DNA of 64,000 nucleotides from Spirochaetota bacterium (GCA_009786125.1 WQTU01000136.1:88-64087); one strand, 5' to 3'. Positions 15,461 through 24,931 are shown, counted from the first letter of the stretch. A program made the numbers and translations. Notes: generated from the sequence alone by a model not told the origin.

Positions 15461-17674
15461 ATGGAAAGCATGGATTTGTTTTCATCTTCAATAAATAACA
15501 GAGAATTTCCCCTTGCAGCAAGAATGCGCGCCGAAACCCTTGATGATTTTATAGGGCAGGAACACCTTGTAGGAAAAGGCAGGCTTTTGCGCCGGGCAAT
15601 TCAGGCAGACCAGCTCTCATCTCTTATTTTTTACGGTCCGCCCGGGACAGGAAAAACAACCCTTGCCCAGATTATTGCAAAAACAACAAAGAGCGCATTT
15701 GTTACCATCAATGCTGTGTTATCCGGCGTAAAAGAGATAAGAGATGAAATTATCGAAGCGAAGAAGCGGCTCGAATTGCATGACAAAAAAACAATACTTT
15801 TTGTAGATGAAGTTCACAGGTGGAACAAAGCTCAGCAGGATGCCTTGCTTCCCTGGGTTGAAAACGGAACATTTATACTGATAGGAGCAACAACAGAGAA
15901 TCCTTTTTACGAGGTAAACTCTGCGCTCGTTAGCCGAAGCAGAATATTTCAGCTTCTGCCGCTTTCAAAAGAAAATCTCCTAAAAGCAGCAGCAAGAGCC
16001 CTTGCAGATAAAGAAAAAGGATATGGCAAATATAAAGTAGTATTTGAAGAAGGGGCGCTCGAACATATTGCAGACATTGCAAACGGAGATGCCCGAACCC
16101 TCTACAATGCTCTCCAGCTTGCAATCGAGACAACGCCAAAACAATTTCCACCGCCGGATGGCGAAATAATATATATAAGCATGGAGACAGCAGAAGACAG
16201 TATACAGCGGAAAGTTCTTCTTTATGACAAAGAAGGAGATTATCATTTTGACATTATAAGTGCATTTATAAAATCAATAAGAGGTTCTGACCCGGATGCA
16301 ACCTTGTACTGGCTTGCAAGAATGCTTGATGCAGGTGAAGATCCAAAGTTTATACTAAGGCGTTTGACTATTTCTGCAGCCGAAGACATAGGGCTTGCGG
16401 ATCCCAATGCGCTTGTAGTCGCCAATGCGGCAGCTCAGGCTTTTGAGCGCATTGGAATGCCGGAGGGGCAGATTATTCTCTCCGAAGCTGCTCTGTATCT
16501 TGCGTGCACAAAAAAGTCAAATTCTGTTCTGGCGATTTTTAATGCACTTAAAACAATAAAAGAAGAAAAGCACATGGAAGTACCGGCTAACATAAAGGAC
16601 TCTTCCAGGGACAAAGAAAGTTTTGGTCACGGCAAGAATTATCTCTACCCGCACGATTACAAAGAGCGCTGGGTTGCGCAGCAGTATTTACCCGATGCTC
16701 TAAAGGGCAAAGTTTTTTATGAGCCGGGCGACATAGGTTTTGAAGCAGAACTAAAGAAAGATATTTTCCGCAGAAGAGAAGCGCAAATAGAAGCCCAAAT
16801 GGAAAGAGATGATTTTAGCCAGGAAACCCTGACCTTTTCTCCTCCGGATAAAAAGAAAGATGAATGGTATAAACGAATCTCAGACAATAAAAATATAATT
16901 TTATCTGCTGTCCGTGAAAGAATTTTCTCGCAGGTTAATATAAACCGTCACGACAGAATTCTGATAACCAGCCGCGACAGGGGGCTTTTAATCTGGGAAG
17001 CAATAAGGCATGTGCCGGAAGGCGGAGTGTTTTATGTAAATAACGACAAACGCGACATAGAAATTATCGACAAGCACTCGATATATACCGAGAAAACAGA
17101 AAAACCAATATTGATTAACGAAAGCCCCGCAGATTACTTGCGTAACGAAAAAGAAACCGGAATCTATGATATTATAGCGGGGCGAAATCTGTTTTTAAAA
17201 CAGAGCAATGTCAAGCAAATATCAGAGAGGCTGTTTGCTCTTTTGGATGCAAAAGGCAGAATTTCGCTTGCAGAAAACCTGGCATCAAAATCTTCGAGAA
17301 TATCGCAATTTTTGGACAGGACTGTTTTTGAAGAAGGTGATTTTGATATTTTTTTGAATGCAGAAAAAACTGTTTATGAAGAAAGCAAATATGGAATATA
17401 TCTGGATACAGAGGGGCTGGAAAAAGTGCTCCATGAAACAGGGTTTAAAAAAATAAAATTCAGGGAAAAAGAGTGGTTTGAAACCCGTGTTATAAATAAA
17501 AACGACGTAGAAAAATGGTTTGACGAGTCGCTGGAAAGTTATGGCTCGATTCTTCTTTCTTTGGTCGAGGGGCATTTGTATGAGAGGGTAAAGGAGCAGG
17601 CATTAAAAACCCTGCCGGATAAAGAGATAAAGTGGAAAAGCACTTACCTTTTTGTCGCTGCGGGGAAGGAGTAG
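15461..17674 (+). CDS. rarA: Replication-associated recombination protein A (AAA+ ATPase) with ~290-aa C-terminal extension
   Basis: Walker A 'GPPGTGKTT', 'LFVDEVHRWNK', and the MgsA C-terminal block 'SDPDATLYWLARML..GEDP.FILRRL' up to ~aa 445. This is followed by an extra domain ('RILITSRDRGLLIWEAI..'). Confidence 0.85.
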   Translation: MESMDLFSSSINNREFPLAARMRAETLDDFIGQEHLVGKGRLLRRAIQADQLSSLIFYGPPGTGKTTLAQIIAKTTKSAFVTINAVLSGVKEIRDEIIEAKKRLELHDKKTILFVDEVHRWNKAQQDALLPWVENGTFILIGATTENPFYEVNSALVSRSRIFQLLPLSKENLLKAAARALADKEKGYGKYKVVFEEGALEHIADIANGDARTLYNALQLAIETTPKQFPPPDGEIIYISMETAEDSIQRKVLLYDKEGDYHFDIISAFIKSIRGSDPDATLYWLARMLDAGEDPKFILRRLTISAAEDIGLADPNALVVANAAAQAFERIGMPEGQIILSEAALYLACTKKSNSVLAIFNALKTIKEEKHMEVPANIKDSSRDKESFGHGKNYLYPHDYKERWVAQQYLPDALKGKVFYEPGDIGFEAELKKDIFRRREAQIEAQMERDDFSQETLTFSPPDKKKDEWYKRISDNKNIILSAVRERIFSQVNINRHDRILITSRDRGLLIWEAIRHVPEGGVFYVNNDKRDIEIIDKHSIYTEKTEKPILINESPADYLRNEKETGIYDIIAGRNLFLKQSNVKQISERLFALLDAKGRISLAENLASKSSRISQFLDRTVFEEGDFDIFLNAEKTVYEESKYGIYLDTEGLEKVLHETGFKKIKFREKEWFETRVINKNDVEKWFDESLESYGSILLSLVEGHLYERVKEQALKTLPDKEIKWKSTYLFVAAGKE

Positions 17675-17723
17675 AAAGTATCTATAAATTCTTGTATATT
17701 AGGTGCGGCAAATTCTAAAAAAA

Positions 17724-17745
17724 GCCCCGCTTAAGTACGCGGGGC
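17724..17745. terminator. GC hairpin GCCCCGC-N8-GCGGGGC between convergent genes
   Basis: Preceded by an A-run and followed by AAATATT. Lies between the rarA stop (17674) and the minus-strand OMP gene stop (17752). Confidence 0.5.
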
Positions 17746-17751
17746 GAAATA

Positions 17752-18324
17752 TTACCAAAGCCAAAAAGCATAGCCTACGCGAAACCCTATGGTGGAGCCA
17801 GAGGGAAACGCATGATAACGCTCATGGGTGCCTATGAGCCTAAATCTTAAATCAAAAATAAGATCCCCATTACCCACAGGAAGCGCATAGCCTATACCAG
17901 CAATAGCTCCAAACACTGACCTGTTATATGGAGGGAAGCTGGAGCTACCACCGTTCCATTCGACGTTTATATCCCCAAGTATAATTTGCATTGCCGGACC
18001 AAGGAAAACACTAAAATCCCCAAAATTAAATTTCGCAAGAACAGGAATTTCAAAGAATCTATATGTAGCTGTACCGTTCTGCAAGCCACCCATCCATATC
18101 TCGCGCCCGACTCTAAAATATATAAAATTAAATTCTGGCTGTATAGAAAATATTCTGCTTAGATATATATTTGCAAATGCGCCTACTTCAAACCCTGCTT
18201 TGGAAGATGATTCCCACTCGAAATGAGAGTTGCGATTAAGCCCAAAAGCGCCGCCAACCTGAATATCTGCAAAGAGAGATGCTGCAACCAGTAAAAATAT
18301 TAAAACCAATACTATCTTTTTCAT
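17752..18324 (-). CDS. Outer-membrane beta-barrel protein (OmpW/porin-like small barrel)
   Basis: Signal peptide. Alternating hydrophobic beta-strand pattern. C-terminal aromatic 'YAFWLW'. Confidence 0.65.
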   Translation of the reverse strand: MKKIVLVLIFLLVAASLFADIQVGGAFGLNRNSHFEWESSSKAGFEVGAFANIYLSRIFSIQPEFNFIYFRVGREIWMGGLQNGTATYRFFEIPVLAKFNFGDFSVFLGPAMQIILGDINVEWNGGSSSFPPYNRSVFGAIAGIGYALPVGNGDLIFDLRFRLIGTHERYHAFPSGSTIGFRVGYAFWLW

Positions 18325-18343
18325 CTAAATAAGCTTCCTTTTA

Positions 18344-18883
18344 TTATCTTCTGTTTCGCCGCTCTCGAGCATTTGCTTGCGGAGTTGCTCGCTGCTTGGG
18401 GCTGCTATCGTTGTTTACAATAAACTGGTCACTTGTTGTGGTAACAGTGCCGCCCGGAACAGTAGTTGTTGTAATAGTATTCCTTAGTGCAGTTGTGTAC
18501 CTTATTGCCAGCGCAGTTCCTAAATAGCGATGAACTGTTGTGGTTACTCCGCGCTCTGCTGACTTGGTTATTATTCTGTCGATGGTAACATTTATAATGG
18601 CATCTGCTCCGAGTCTTTGCGCTTCTCTAAGCAAAGCCTGGTATGTAAACGCTTCTCCGGTGGTTTCACCGCTACGGCCTGCTCTGGAAGTGACTCTATA
18701 TTCTATTTCTGTGAATACAAGCCCCCGGGACTCAAAATCTTTTGCAGGAATAATAACCTGCCTGCTAAATTCTCCCTCATTAACAACCTGCCTGCCGGGA
18801 GCAGCAGTCGCACACCCTGTAAACAAAAAAGCAATAAATGTTACAAAAGCAAAAAATCCAAATAACTTAAAACCCTTCTTCAT
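18344..18883 (-). CDS. Lipoprotein, function unknown
   Basis: Lipobox 'FLFTGC'. 179 aa with a basic C-terminal tail. Confidence 0.65.
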   Translation of the reverse strand: MKKGFKLFGFFAFVTFIAFLFTGCATAAPGRQVVNEGEFSRQVIIPAKDFESRGLVFTEIEYRVTSRAGRSGETTGEAFTYQALLREAQRLGADAIINVTIDRIITKSAERGVTTTVHRYLGTALAIRYTTALRNTITTTTVPGGTVTTTSDQFIVNNDSSPKQRATPQANARERRNRR

Positions 18884-19145
18884 AGAAAAACTCCTTTTTA
18901 TGACACATCGCCTTCTTTTTGGGAAAGCGTGTCATAGCTGATTAACCACCCACAAGGGCGGACAAGGCAAAAAAGCCGAAAAATTTAGTAAAACATGGTT
19001 TTAACCTATTTAAATTCTTGGAAACCTGTGTAAACTTACATACTTTCCGCGTTGTTTGCCTAAAAAAGACTAATGTCGTTTTATATCATGTAAAAAAGAA
19101 TAATGTCAATATTGTATTATCCTTTTTTAGCTAATCTGTAATTTC

Positions 19146-19496
19146 ATGGGATTTAAAGAGAATTTAAAATCAGAGTTAATTTACTCGGGGATTTTGGTAA
19201 AGGAACTTTCTGCAATAACAGGAATAAAAAGACATACTTTGGATAATTATCTTAATACGCATAATGCTATTCCCAATGCCGAAAATGCAGTAAAAATCGC
19301 CCGCGCTCTGGGGGTATCTGTTGAATATCTTATTACCGGAGAGGAAAATCAAAAACAACAAAAAACTATTTTTTCTCTATCGCCGGATATTCGGCTTTTG
19401 ATTGATATAGCTGACAAACTTAGTCCCAAAAGCCGCAGTCTTGCCATCAAGCTGGTTAAAGCCCTAAAAGAACAGGAAGACGAAGGGAAAAAATAG
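19146..19496 (+). CDS. XRE-family helix-turn-helix transcriptional regulator
   Basis: 'LSAITGIKRHTLDNYLN..NAVKIARALGVSVEYLITGEE' is a canonical HTH_3 pattern. Confidence 0.8.
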   Translation: MGFKENLKSELIYSGILVKELSAITGIKRHTLDNYLNTHNAIPNAENAVKIARALGVSVEYLITGEENQKQQKTIFSLSPDIRLLIDIADKLSPKSRSLAIKLVKALKEQEDEGKK

Positions 19497-19569
19497 TGTT
19501 CGGGCTATCCATCGAAATTTTGCTAACAATTGGTTCTTTGCATAAGCACAAGAATTAATCACAGGTTTC

Positions 19570-19600
19570 TTGACAAAAAAGTGCAAATCATCCATTATAA
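19570..19600 (+). promoter_or_regulatory. Candidate sigma70-type promoter for the tRNA-His/Arg pair (TTGACA ... CATTAT)
   Basis: TTGACA at 19570-19575. A-T rich -10-like hexamer ~17-18 nt downstream. The tRNA starts at 19616. Confidence 0.35.
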
Positions 19601-19615
19601 ACATACAAAAATCAT

Positions 19616-19688
19616 GGTGGGTGTAGTTCAAAGGTAGAGCACCAGATTGTGGTTCTGGTTGTTGCGGGTTCGAGTCCCGTCATCCACC
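19616..19688 (+). tRNA. tRNA-His (GTG)
   Basis: Cloverleaf folded by hand. The extra G-1 pairs with discriminator C. Anticodon loop TTGTGGT. T-loop TTCGAGT. Confidence 0.9.
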
Positions 19689-19699
19689 CAATTTTTTGA

Positions 19700-19773
<74 letters not shown>

Positions 19774-19882
19774 AGACACATTTCTTTGCACAAGCTGTTT
19801 TTGTTAAAACTGCTTGACAGCGCTATCTATTTATTACTTGAAACTTATCCAATATTCTGCTAGTGTATATTTGAATAATCTG

Positions 19883-19955
19883 GGGCCGTTAGCTCAGCTG
19901 GTAGAGCAGCAGACTCTTAATCTGCGGGTCGATGGTTCGACTCCATCACGGCTCA
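19883..19955 (+). tRNA. tRNA-Lys (CTT)
   Basis: GGGCCGT acceptor, anticodon stem-loop GCAGA-CTCTTAA-TCTGC, T-loop TTCGACT. Confidence 0.9.
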
Positions 19956-20007
19956 AGAATATGAGAATACTAATAGATAGGCAAAATAGAGCGCCCCAGC
20001 GTGATTT

Positions 20008-21123
20008 ATGACTTTTTTGGAACATGAAATCTTGACTTATCAAAAACTTAAAGAGCTCTCTTTTTTTACCAAAGAAGAAATATCTTATATAGAAAGCAAC
20101 TTTAATTTAGAGCGAATTGCAACAACAACTTTTTATCTGCAACTCGCAGCGAATAGCGCAAAAAGCCGGAAAAGCATCAGTACAAATACCCCAAAAGAAA
20201 ATTCCAGCAAAAGCAGCAGTGCAGAAAATCCCCTTCGCAGACAATTTGTCCCATCAGTACAAGAGCTTAAAATACTTGACTACGAAAAAACAGACCCGCT
20301 TTGCGATAAAAAATTCTCAATTTCGGACAGAATAATCCACAGGTACCGCGATAGAGTCCTTTTTATTGCCACAGGCCAATGCGCGCTTTACTGTCGCCAC
20401 TGCTTTAGGCGGTATCTCGACAAAACCCAGGTCAAAGCCCCAACTAAAGCAGAGATAAAAACCTTAACTGACTACCTAAAAGCCAACAAAAATATTAGAG
20501 AAGTTTTAATCTCCGGCGGCGACCCGCTTGTGCTCGACAACAGCCTTCTTGAGTACCTTTGCAAATCAATAAGAGAAGTATCGAAAAACATCGTAATAAG
20601 AATAGGCACAAGAGTCCCGGTCGTCCTGCCATCAAGAATCGACAGTGCGCTTGTAAATAATTTACAAAAATACCGGCCGCTCTATATTTTTACGCAATTT
20701 AACCATTCAGATGAAGTCGCTGAACAGAACAGCGAAGCTATTGATTTGCTGGTAAAATCCGGGATACCTGTTTTTAATCAAACAGTTCTGCTGCGCGGAA
20801 TAAACAATTTGAAAGATCAGCTTAAAGAGCTTTTCTACAAACTTGTTTCGATTTCTGTAAAGCCGTACTACTTTTTTCAGGGAGATATTGCAGCAGGCAC
20901 TTCGCATTTTCGGACAAACCTTATGCAGGGCATAGAAATCATGGAAGAATTAAAAACAGAAATGTCTAGCCTTTCGCTCCCGCTTCTTGCCGTCGACCTT
21001 CCGGACGGCGGCGGAAAAATTATGCTCGACAGAAATTCTATTGTAAAAAGAGAGAACGGGTTTTATTATCTAAAAAACAGCGAAGGGAAAGTATTTAAAT
21101 ATCCTGATGAAAACCAGGAGTAA
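20008..21123 (+). CDS. KamA-family radical SAM enzyme (lysine 2,3-aminomutase-like)
   Basis: 'HRYRDRVLFIATGQCALYCRHCFRR' (CxxxCxxC cluster) and 'ISGGDPL' are hallmarks of the family. The true start may be downstream of 20008. Confidence 0.85.
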   Translation: MTFLEHEILTYQKLKELSFFTKEEISYIESNFNLERIATTTFYLQLAANSAKSRKSISTNTPKENSSKSSSAENPLRRQFVPSVQELKILDYEKTDPLCDKKFSISDRIIHRYRDRVLFIATGQCALYCRHCFRRYLDKTQVKAPTKAEIKTLTDYLKANKNIREVLISGGDPLVLDNSLLEYLCKSIREVSKNIVIRIGTRVPVVLPSRIDSALVNNLQKYRPLYIFTQFNHSDEVAEQNSEAIDLLVKSGIPVFNQTVLLRGINNLKDQLKELFYKLVSISVKPYYFFQGDIAAGTSHFRTNLMQGIEIMEELKTEMSSLSLPLLAVDLPDGGGKIMLDRNSIVKRENGFYYLKNSEGKVFKYPDENQE

Positions 21124-21268
21124 CTTTTTTATCAAATTTTGCGCAAAAAAGAGTTTTTTTCATTCGTTTTTGTTTGTAATCCATACAATTATTTGCTATA
21201 CTATTTACTCTGATTTGAATTAGTGTTTTATCAAAGTAAACTAATGACCACACAAGCTGAGGTAAAAA

Positions 21269-22540
21269 ATGTATTTTTCAAGGCCAATGAATCTAGGCAT
21301 TATTGGTTGTCCGGGGGCGGATCATTTTACGAATGATATTGTTCACAATCTTAAGAGATATTACAGCCGCAAACACCAGCAGCATATTGATCTTATATCA
21401 AAAACGTATGGAATTGAAAAAAATGAGATCGAAAGAAAGATCAATTTATTAAAAGATATTCAAAATGCCAATCTTTGGGAAGATCTCAATAGATATCCGG
21501 ATATTGAAAAATATCGAGTCCCTGAGTTTAAAGTTCCTGTAAAATATACAAGATTTGCCAATGGCGAATACAAAGCAGATATAAAAAAATCTGTAAGAGG
21601 AATGGATGTTTACATTGTCCAGGATGTTGAAAATCATTATGGCATAGATATAAATGAGGACGGCAAAGAACATAAACTCTCTGTAAACGACCATGTTTTT
21701 ATGCTGTTTGCGACAATTGATGCAGTAATACAATCCGGAGCAAGCTTTGTATCTGTTGTTGTGCCTGCTTATCCGTATGCGCGCCAGCATAAACGCAAAG
21801 GAAGAGAAGCTCTTACAGCAGCTCTTTTTGGAAGAATAATCGAAAACATGGGAGTCGCCCGAATAATCACTCTAGATATACACTCCAAAGAAATAGAAAA
21901 CTGTTTTAACAAGTGCAGAATGGAAGATCTTCATGCATCATATCAGATAATAAAAATGCTTTTTAACTTTATTGATGTAGAGAAATCAAATTTAGTTATT
22001 GTTTCGCCTGACTCAGGAGCTGTTGAAAGAAACAAGTTTTTTGCTGATAACCTCAAAAAACCGCTTGCCATGCTTTACAAAGAAAGAGACTATTCCAAAA
22101 TTTCCAGCGATGCAAAAGCAAGCAATATTACAGAGATGAAGCTGCTGGGAGATGTAAAGGGAAAAACAGTTTTTATGGCAGACGATATGGTAGGGACCGG
22201 CGGAACAATGATTGAAGCAATGCGGCGTCTTCGGGAACTTGGCGCAGAAAAAATTATTTGCGCAATAAGCCTTCCGCTTTTTACAGGCAATGCTATTGAA
22301 AATTTTGATAAAGCTTACAGAGACGGTTACTTCGATAAAGTAATAGGAACAAATGCCGTGTATCATACAGATGCGCTTTACGCAAAAGAGTGGTATGTAA
22401 GCGCCCCGATATCAAACCTCTTTGCCCGTGTTATTTCAAGATTGCATCAGCAGAGAACTTTAACTCCATTGATTGACAACAGCGAAATAATTCAGCGCCT
22501 GTTAAGCGACCCTCAAATTACTTTTTCTTATGGCTTATAA
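21269..22540 (+). CDS. prs: Ribose-phosphate pyrophosphokinase (long form)
   Basis: 'RFANGEY', 'PAYPYARQHKR', 'ITLDIHS', and PRPP-binding loop 'MADDMVGTGGT'. Confidence 0.85.
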   Translation: MYFSRPMNLGIIGCPGADHFTNDIVHNLKRYYSRKHQQHIDLISKTYGIEKNEIERKINLLKDIQNANLWEDLNRYPDIEKYRVPEFKVPVKYTRFANGEYKADIKKSVRGMDVYIVQDVENHYGIDINEDGKEHKLSVNDHVFMLFATIDAVIQSGASFVSVVVPAYPYARQHKRKGREALTAALFGRIIENMGVARIITLDIHSKEIENCFNKCRMEDLHASYQIIKMLFNFIDVEKSNLVIVSPDSGAVERNKFFADNLKKPLAMLYKERDYSKISSDAKASNITEMKLLGDVKGKTVFMADDMVGTGGTMIEAMRRLRELGAEKIICAISLPLFTGNAIENFDKAYRDGYFDKVIGTNAVYHTDALYAKEWYVSAPISNLFARVISRLHQQRTLTPLIDNSEIIQRLLSDPQITFSYGL

Positions 22541-24077
22541 AGTTCTTCCCGGCGCTTCATTGCGACATCTCTGTCGCTGCGCCGGGCGCAACGTCCATGT
22601 TGCAGGCGTTGATATTGGAACCTCTTCGATAAAAGCCGGTATAATAGATAAAAAAGGAATTCTTGCATCGTACCGGAAAATTCGCTACGAAGAAATTGGC
22701 GGAGATATTTATAACTGGAAAACTGATTTTTGGGTTAATTCCCTTAAAAAAGCGCTAAAAGAGCTCCCGCTGCTCGAAAAAGCAGAAGCAGTTGTTTTTA
22801 GCGGAAGCGGCCCTTCTGTGATACCTATATGCCGGGACGGCAATTATATGGCCGAGTCTCTATTGTGGCTCGATAATAAAAAAACTGATATAGCCGATAA
22901 CATTTCTTTTTTTCTTCCCAAAATAGCCTGGTATAAAGAAAACAGAAAAGATATTTATGCGAATGTTTCTTGCTTTCTTACGCTATCCGGCTTTTTTCCC
23001 TATTTGCTGACAGGAGAATTAAAAGAACCGCTTCCGAATAAAGAATTTACTCCTTATATATGGACAGAAGATTCCATAAAAAAAGCAGGGCTTGAGCTTA
23101 CTCTTTTTCCGCAATTTGTATTTGCCGGGAATCTTGTGGGTTATGTCTCCGAAAAAAGCAGCAGGGAATTTTATTTGCGAAAAGGGATTCCTGTGTTTGC
23201 CGGAGCCAGCGATTACCTTATGGCTCTTTTGGGAACAGGCGCGCTTTTTGAAGGAGCTGTCTGCGATAGGGCAGGAACTTCAGAGGGTATTAATTATTGC
23301 ACAAAAAAAAATGTAAAAGCAGATACCCTTAGAATACTACCGCATATAATAGAAGATTTTTATAATGTTTCCGGAGTAATTGATTCTTCCGGAAAAAATT
23401 TTAGCTGGTTTAAAAAAATATCAGGACAGGAAGAAAAGTCTTATTCAGAACTTATTGGGGAAATATCTAAGGTTATACACAATGACGACTCGCTCTATTT
23501 TTTACCCAGCGCTCGCTTTGCACGTGCTTTGCACGTTTCGCGGCGCGCCAAGGCACTGCGTCCGTACTCACAAGGGGCACTTTGCCACTGCGCCGGGACG
23601 CAACCTGCTTCGCAATGCTGCAGTCCGGATCTGGGAAGAAATTCTTTGTGGAAGTATAACAACGGCGCATTCACAGGGCTTGAGGTAATGCCGGAAGCAG
23701 GTGCTGCTGTTTTAAAAGCAATTGGTTTTTCTGTATGCGAGGTTATAAGAATTATGGAATCACATTCTCTTGCTGTGGAAGAAATAAGGCTGTCCGGCGG
23801 ACAGGCGGAAATCCCTTTGTGGAACCAGGTAAAAGCAGATATGACAGGAAAAAAACTGCTTGCCCCAGAGGTAAAGGATAGCGAGCTTATAGGGTGTGCG
23901 TGCGTTGCATTTACAGGACTTGGCGTATACAACTCCCTGACGCAAGCATCGCAGGAAATGGTGCGTATAAAAGATGTCTATACGCCTGATGCAAAAGCTT
24001 ATTCCGGGTTCTGTAAGCTCTTTGAAGATTATTCTGATATTTTGCGCAAGTTTGAGCTTTTTGCAAATTCTTTGTAG
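22530..24077 (+). CDS. FGGY-family carbohydrate kinase carrying two in-frame GC-rich repeat insertions
   Basis: 'GVDIGTSSIKAGI' N-terminal motif and C-terminal 'RLSGGQAEIPLWNQVKADMTG'. Start at ATG 22530 or TTG 22560. Confidence 0.8.
   Translation: MAYKVLPGASLRHLCRCAGRNVHVAGVDIGTSSIKAGIIDKKGILASYRKIRYEEIGGDIYNWKTDFWVNSLKKALKELPLLEKAEAVVFSGSGPSVIPICRDGNYMAESLLWLDNKKTDIADNISFFLPKIAWYKENRKDIYANVSCFLTLSGFFPYLLTGELKEPLPNKEFTPYIWTEDSIKKAGLELTLFPQFVFAGNLVGYVSEKSSREFYLRKGIPVFAGASDYLMALLGTGALFEGAVCDRAGTSEGINYCTKKNVKADTLRILPHIIEDFYNVSGVIDSSGKNFSWFKKISGQEEKSYSELIGEISKVIHNDDSLYFLPSARFARALHVSRRAKALRPYSQGALCHCAGTQPASQCCSPDLGRNSLWKYNNGAFTGLEVMPEAGAAVLKAIGFSVCEVIRIMESHSLAVEEIRLSGGQAEIPLWNQVKADMTGKKLLAPEVKDSELIGCACVAFTGLGVYNSLTQASQEMVRIKDVYTPDAKAYSGFCKLFEDYSDILRKFELFANSL
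22562..22608. repeat. GC-rich repeat module (E3) inside the FGGY kinase N-terminus
   Basis: The 47-mer GCGACATCTCTGTCGCTGCGCCGGGCGCAACGTCCATGTTGCAGGCG matches the reverse complement of 60434-60480 at 41 of 47 positions, counted by hand. Confidence 0.85.
23508..23633. repeat. GC-rich mosaic repeat (E4) inserted in frame in the FGGY kinase
   Basis: 23512-23537 resembles the 3' module of 61775-61897 (TCGCTTTGC.CGTGCTTTGCACGT). 23597-23623 matches 6023-6049 at 24 of 27 positions. It encodes about 41 atypical Cys/Arg/Ala-rich residues. Confidence 0.8.
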
Positions 24078-24179
24078 TCGGTGATTGGCCCCGGACGAAC
24101 TCTGGAGTGAAAAAAGTAATTTTTGGATATGGAAAAAAATTACGCCAAAATATATATTTTAAAATATTATATAATCTTA

Positions 24180-24208
24180 TTGACAAAAATTTTCAAATTT
24201 GTTACTCT
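24180..24208 (+). promoter_or_regulatory. Candidate sigma70 promoter (TTGACA-17-TACTCT) ahead of tRNA-Thr/rpmG
   Basis: Hexamers and 17-nt spacing read from the sequence. The tRNA starts at 24247. Confidence 0.4.
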
Positions 24209-24246
24209 TTGCTCTCGTTCTCCGTTCGACTTGTCGGGACAGGTAT

Positions 24247-24319
24247 GCCCTTGTAGCTCAGTCGGTAGAGCACCTCCATGGTAAGGAGGGGGTCTCCGGT
24301 TCAAGTCCGGTCGAGGGCT
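24247..24319 (+). tRNA. tRNA-Thr (GGT)
   Basis: GCCCTTG acceptor, anticodon stem-loop CCTCC-ATGGTAA-GGAGG, T-loop TTCAAGT. Confidence 0.9.
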
Positions 24320-24374
24320 CAAAATTACGAAATACCGGTTTGCCGGTTAATCCATAAACTTAGGGGATTCTAGT

Positions 24375-24551
24375 ATGGCATCTAAAAAAAAGGGAAATGT
24401 AGAGCTTATTGCTCTGCAGTGTACTGAATGTAAAAGAAGAAACTATACAACTTCTAAAAATAGAAAAAATTCACAGGCAAAGTTTGAATTTAGTAAGTTT
24501 TGCAAGTTTGACAGAAAGCACACTGTGCATAAAGAAACCAAAATTAAATAA
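24375..24551 (+). CDS. rpmG: 50S ribosomal protein L33
   Basis: Hand translation gives [58 protein letters not shown] (58 aa), below the ORF-track cutoff. Classical position before secE. Confidence 0.9.
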   Translation: MASKKKGNVELIALQCTECKRRNYTTSKNRKNSQAKFEFSKFCKFDRKHTVHKETKIK

Positions 24552-24557
24552 AGTTTT

Positions 24558-24631
24558 AGGTCAGTAGCTCCAACGGCTAGAGCGTCGGTCTCCAAAACCG
24601 AATGTTGCAGGTTCGAATCCTGCCTGGCCTG
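24558..24631 (+). tRNA. tRNA-Trp (CCA)
   Basis: AGGTCAG acceptor, anticodon stem-loop TCGGT-CTCCAAA-ACCGA, T-loop TTCGAAT. Confidence 0.9.
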
Positions 24632-24700
24632 TATAAATTTCAATATGTGCCGCAAGTCGATGTTTTGGAATCTGCTCGATATGCGGGAACAGGAGTTTTT

Positions 24701-24898
24701 ATGAAAAAAATGGGTAAAATTGCCAAAATTGGACTTTTTTTTAAAGAAAGCTACTCTGAGCTTAGAAAAGTTGTTTGGCCCAGCAGAGCTGATATTGCTG
24801 CATCTACGAAAGTAGTTATTGTTTCGGTAGTTATTATTTCTTTGTTTCTTGGCGCTGTAGATTTCTTGCTAATTATAGGAATGGATATTATTTTCTAG
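24701..24898 (+). CDS. secE: Preprotein translocase subunit SecE
   Basis: ATG 24701 follows AGGAG. 'ESYSELRKVVWPSR' plus a single C-terminal TM. The ORF-track start (24602) overlaps tRNA-Trp, so it was rejected. Confidence 0.85.
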   Translation: MKKMGKIAKIGLFFKESYSELRKVVWPSRADIAASTKVVIVSVVIISLFLGAVDFLLIIGMDIIF

Positions 24899-24931
24899 CC
24901 ATAGGGAAGGCAAACAGGGTATGGGATATAA

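Noticed and set aside
19814-20011. 65-aa ORF overlapping tRNA-Lys
   Set aside because: Its sequence is the tRNA gene read as protein ('LAQLVEQQTLNLRVDGSTPS'). It is spurious.
24443-24655. 70-aa minus-strand ORF across rpmG and tRNA-Trp
   Set aside because: It is antisense to two well-supported genes.
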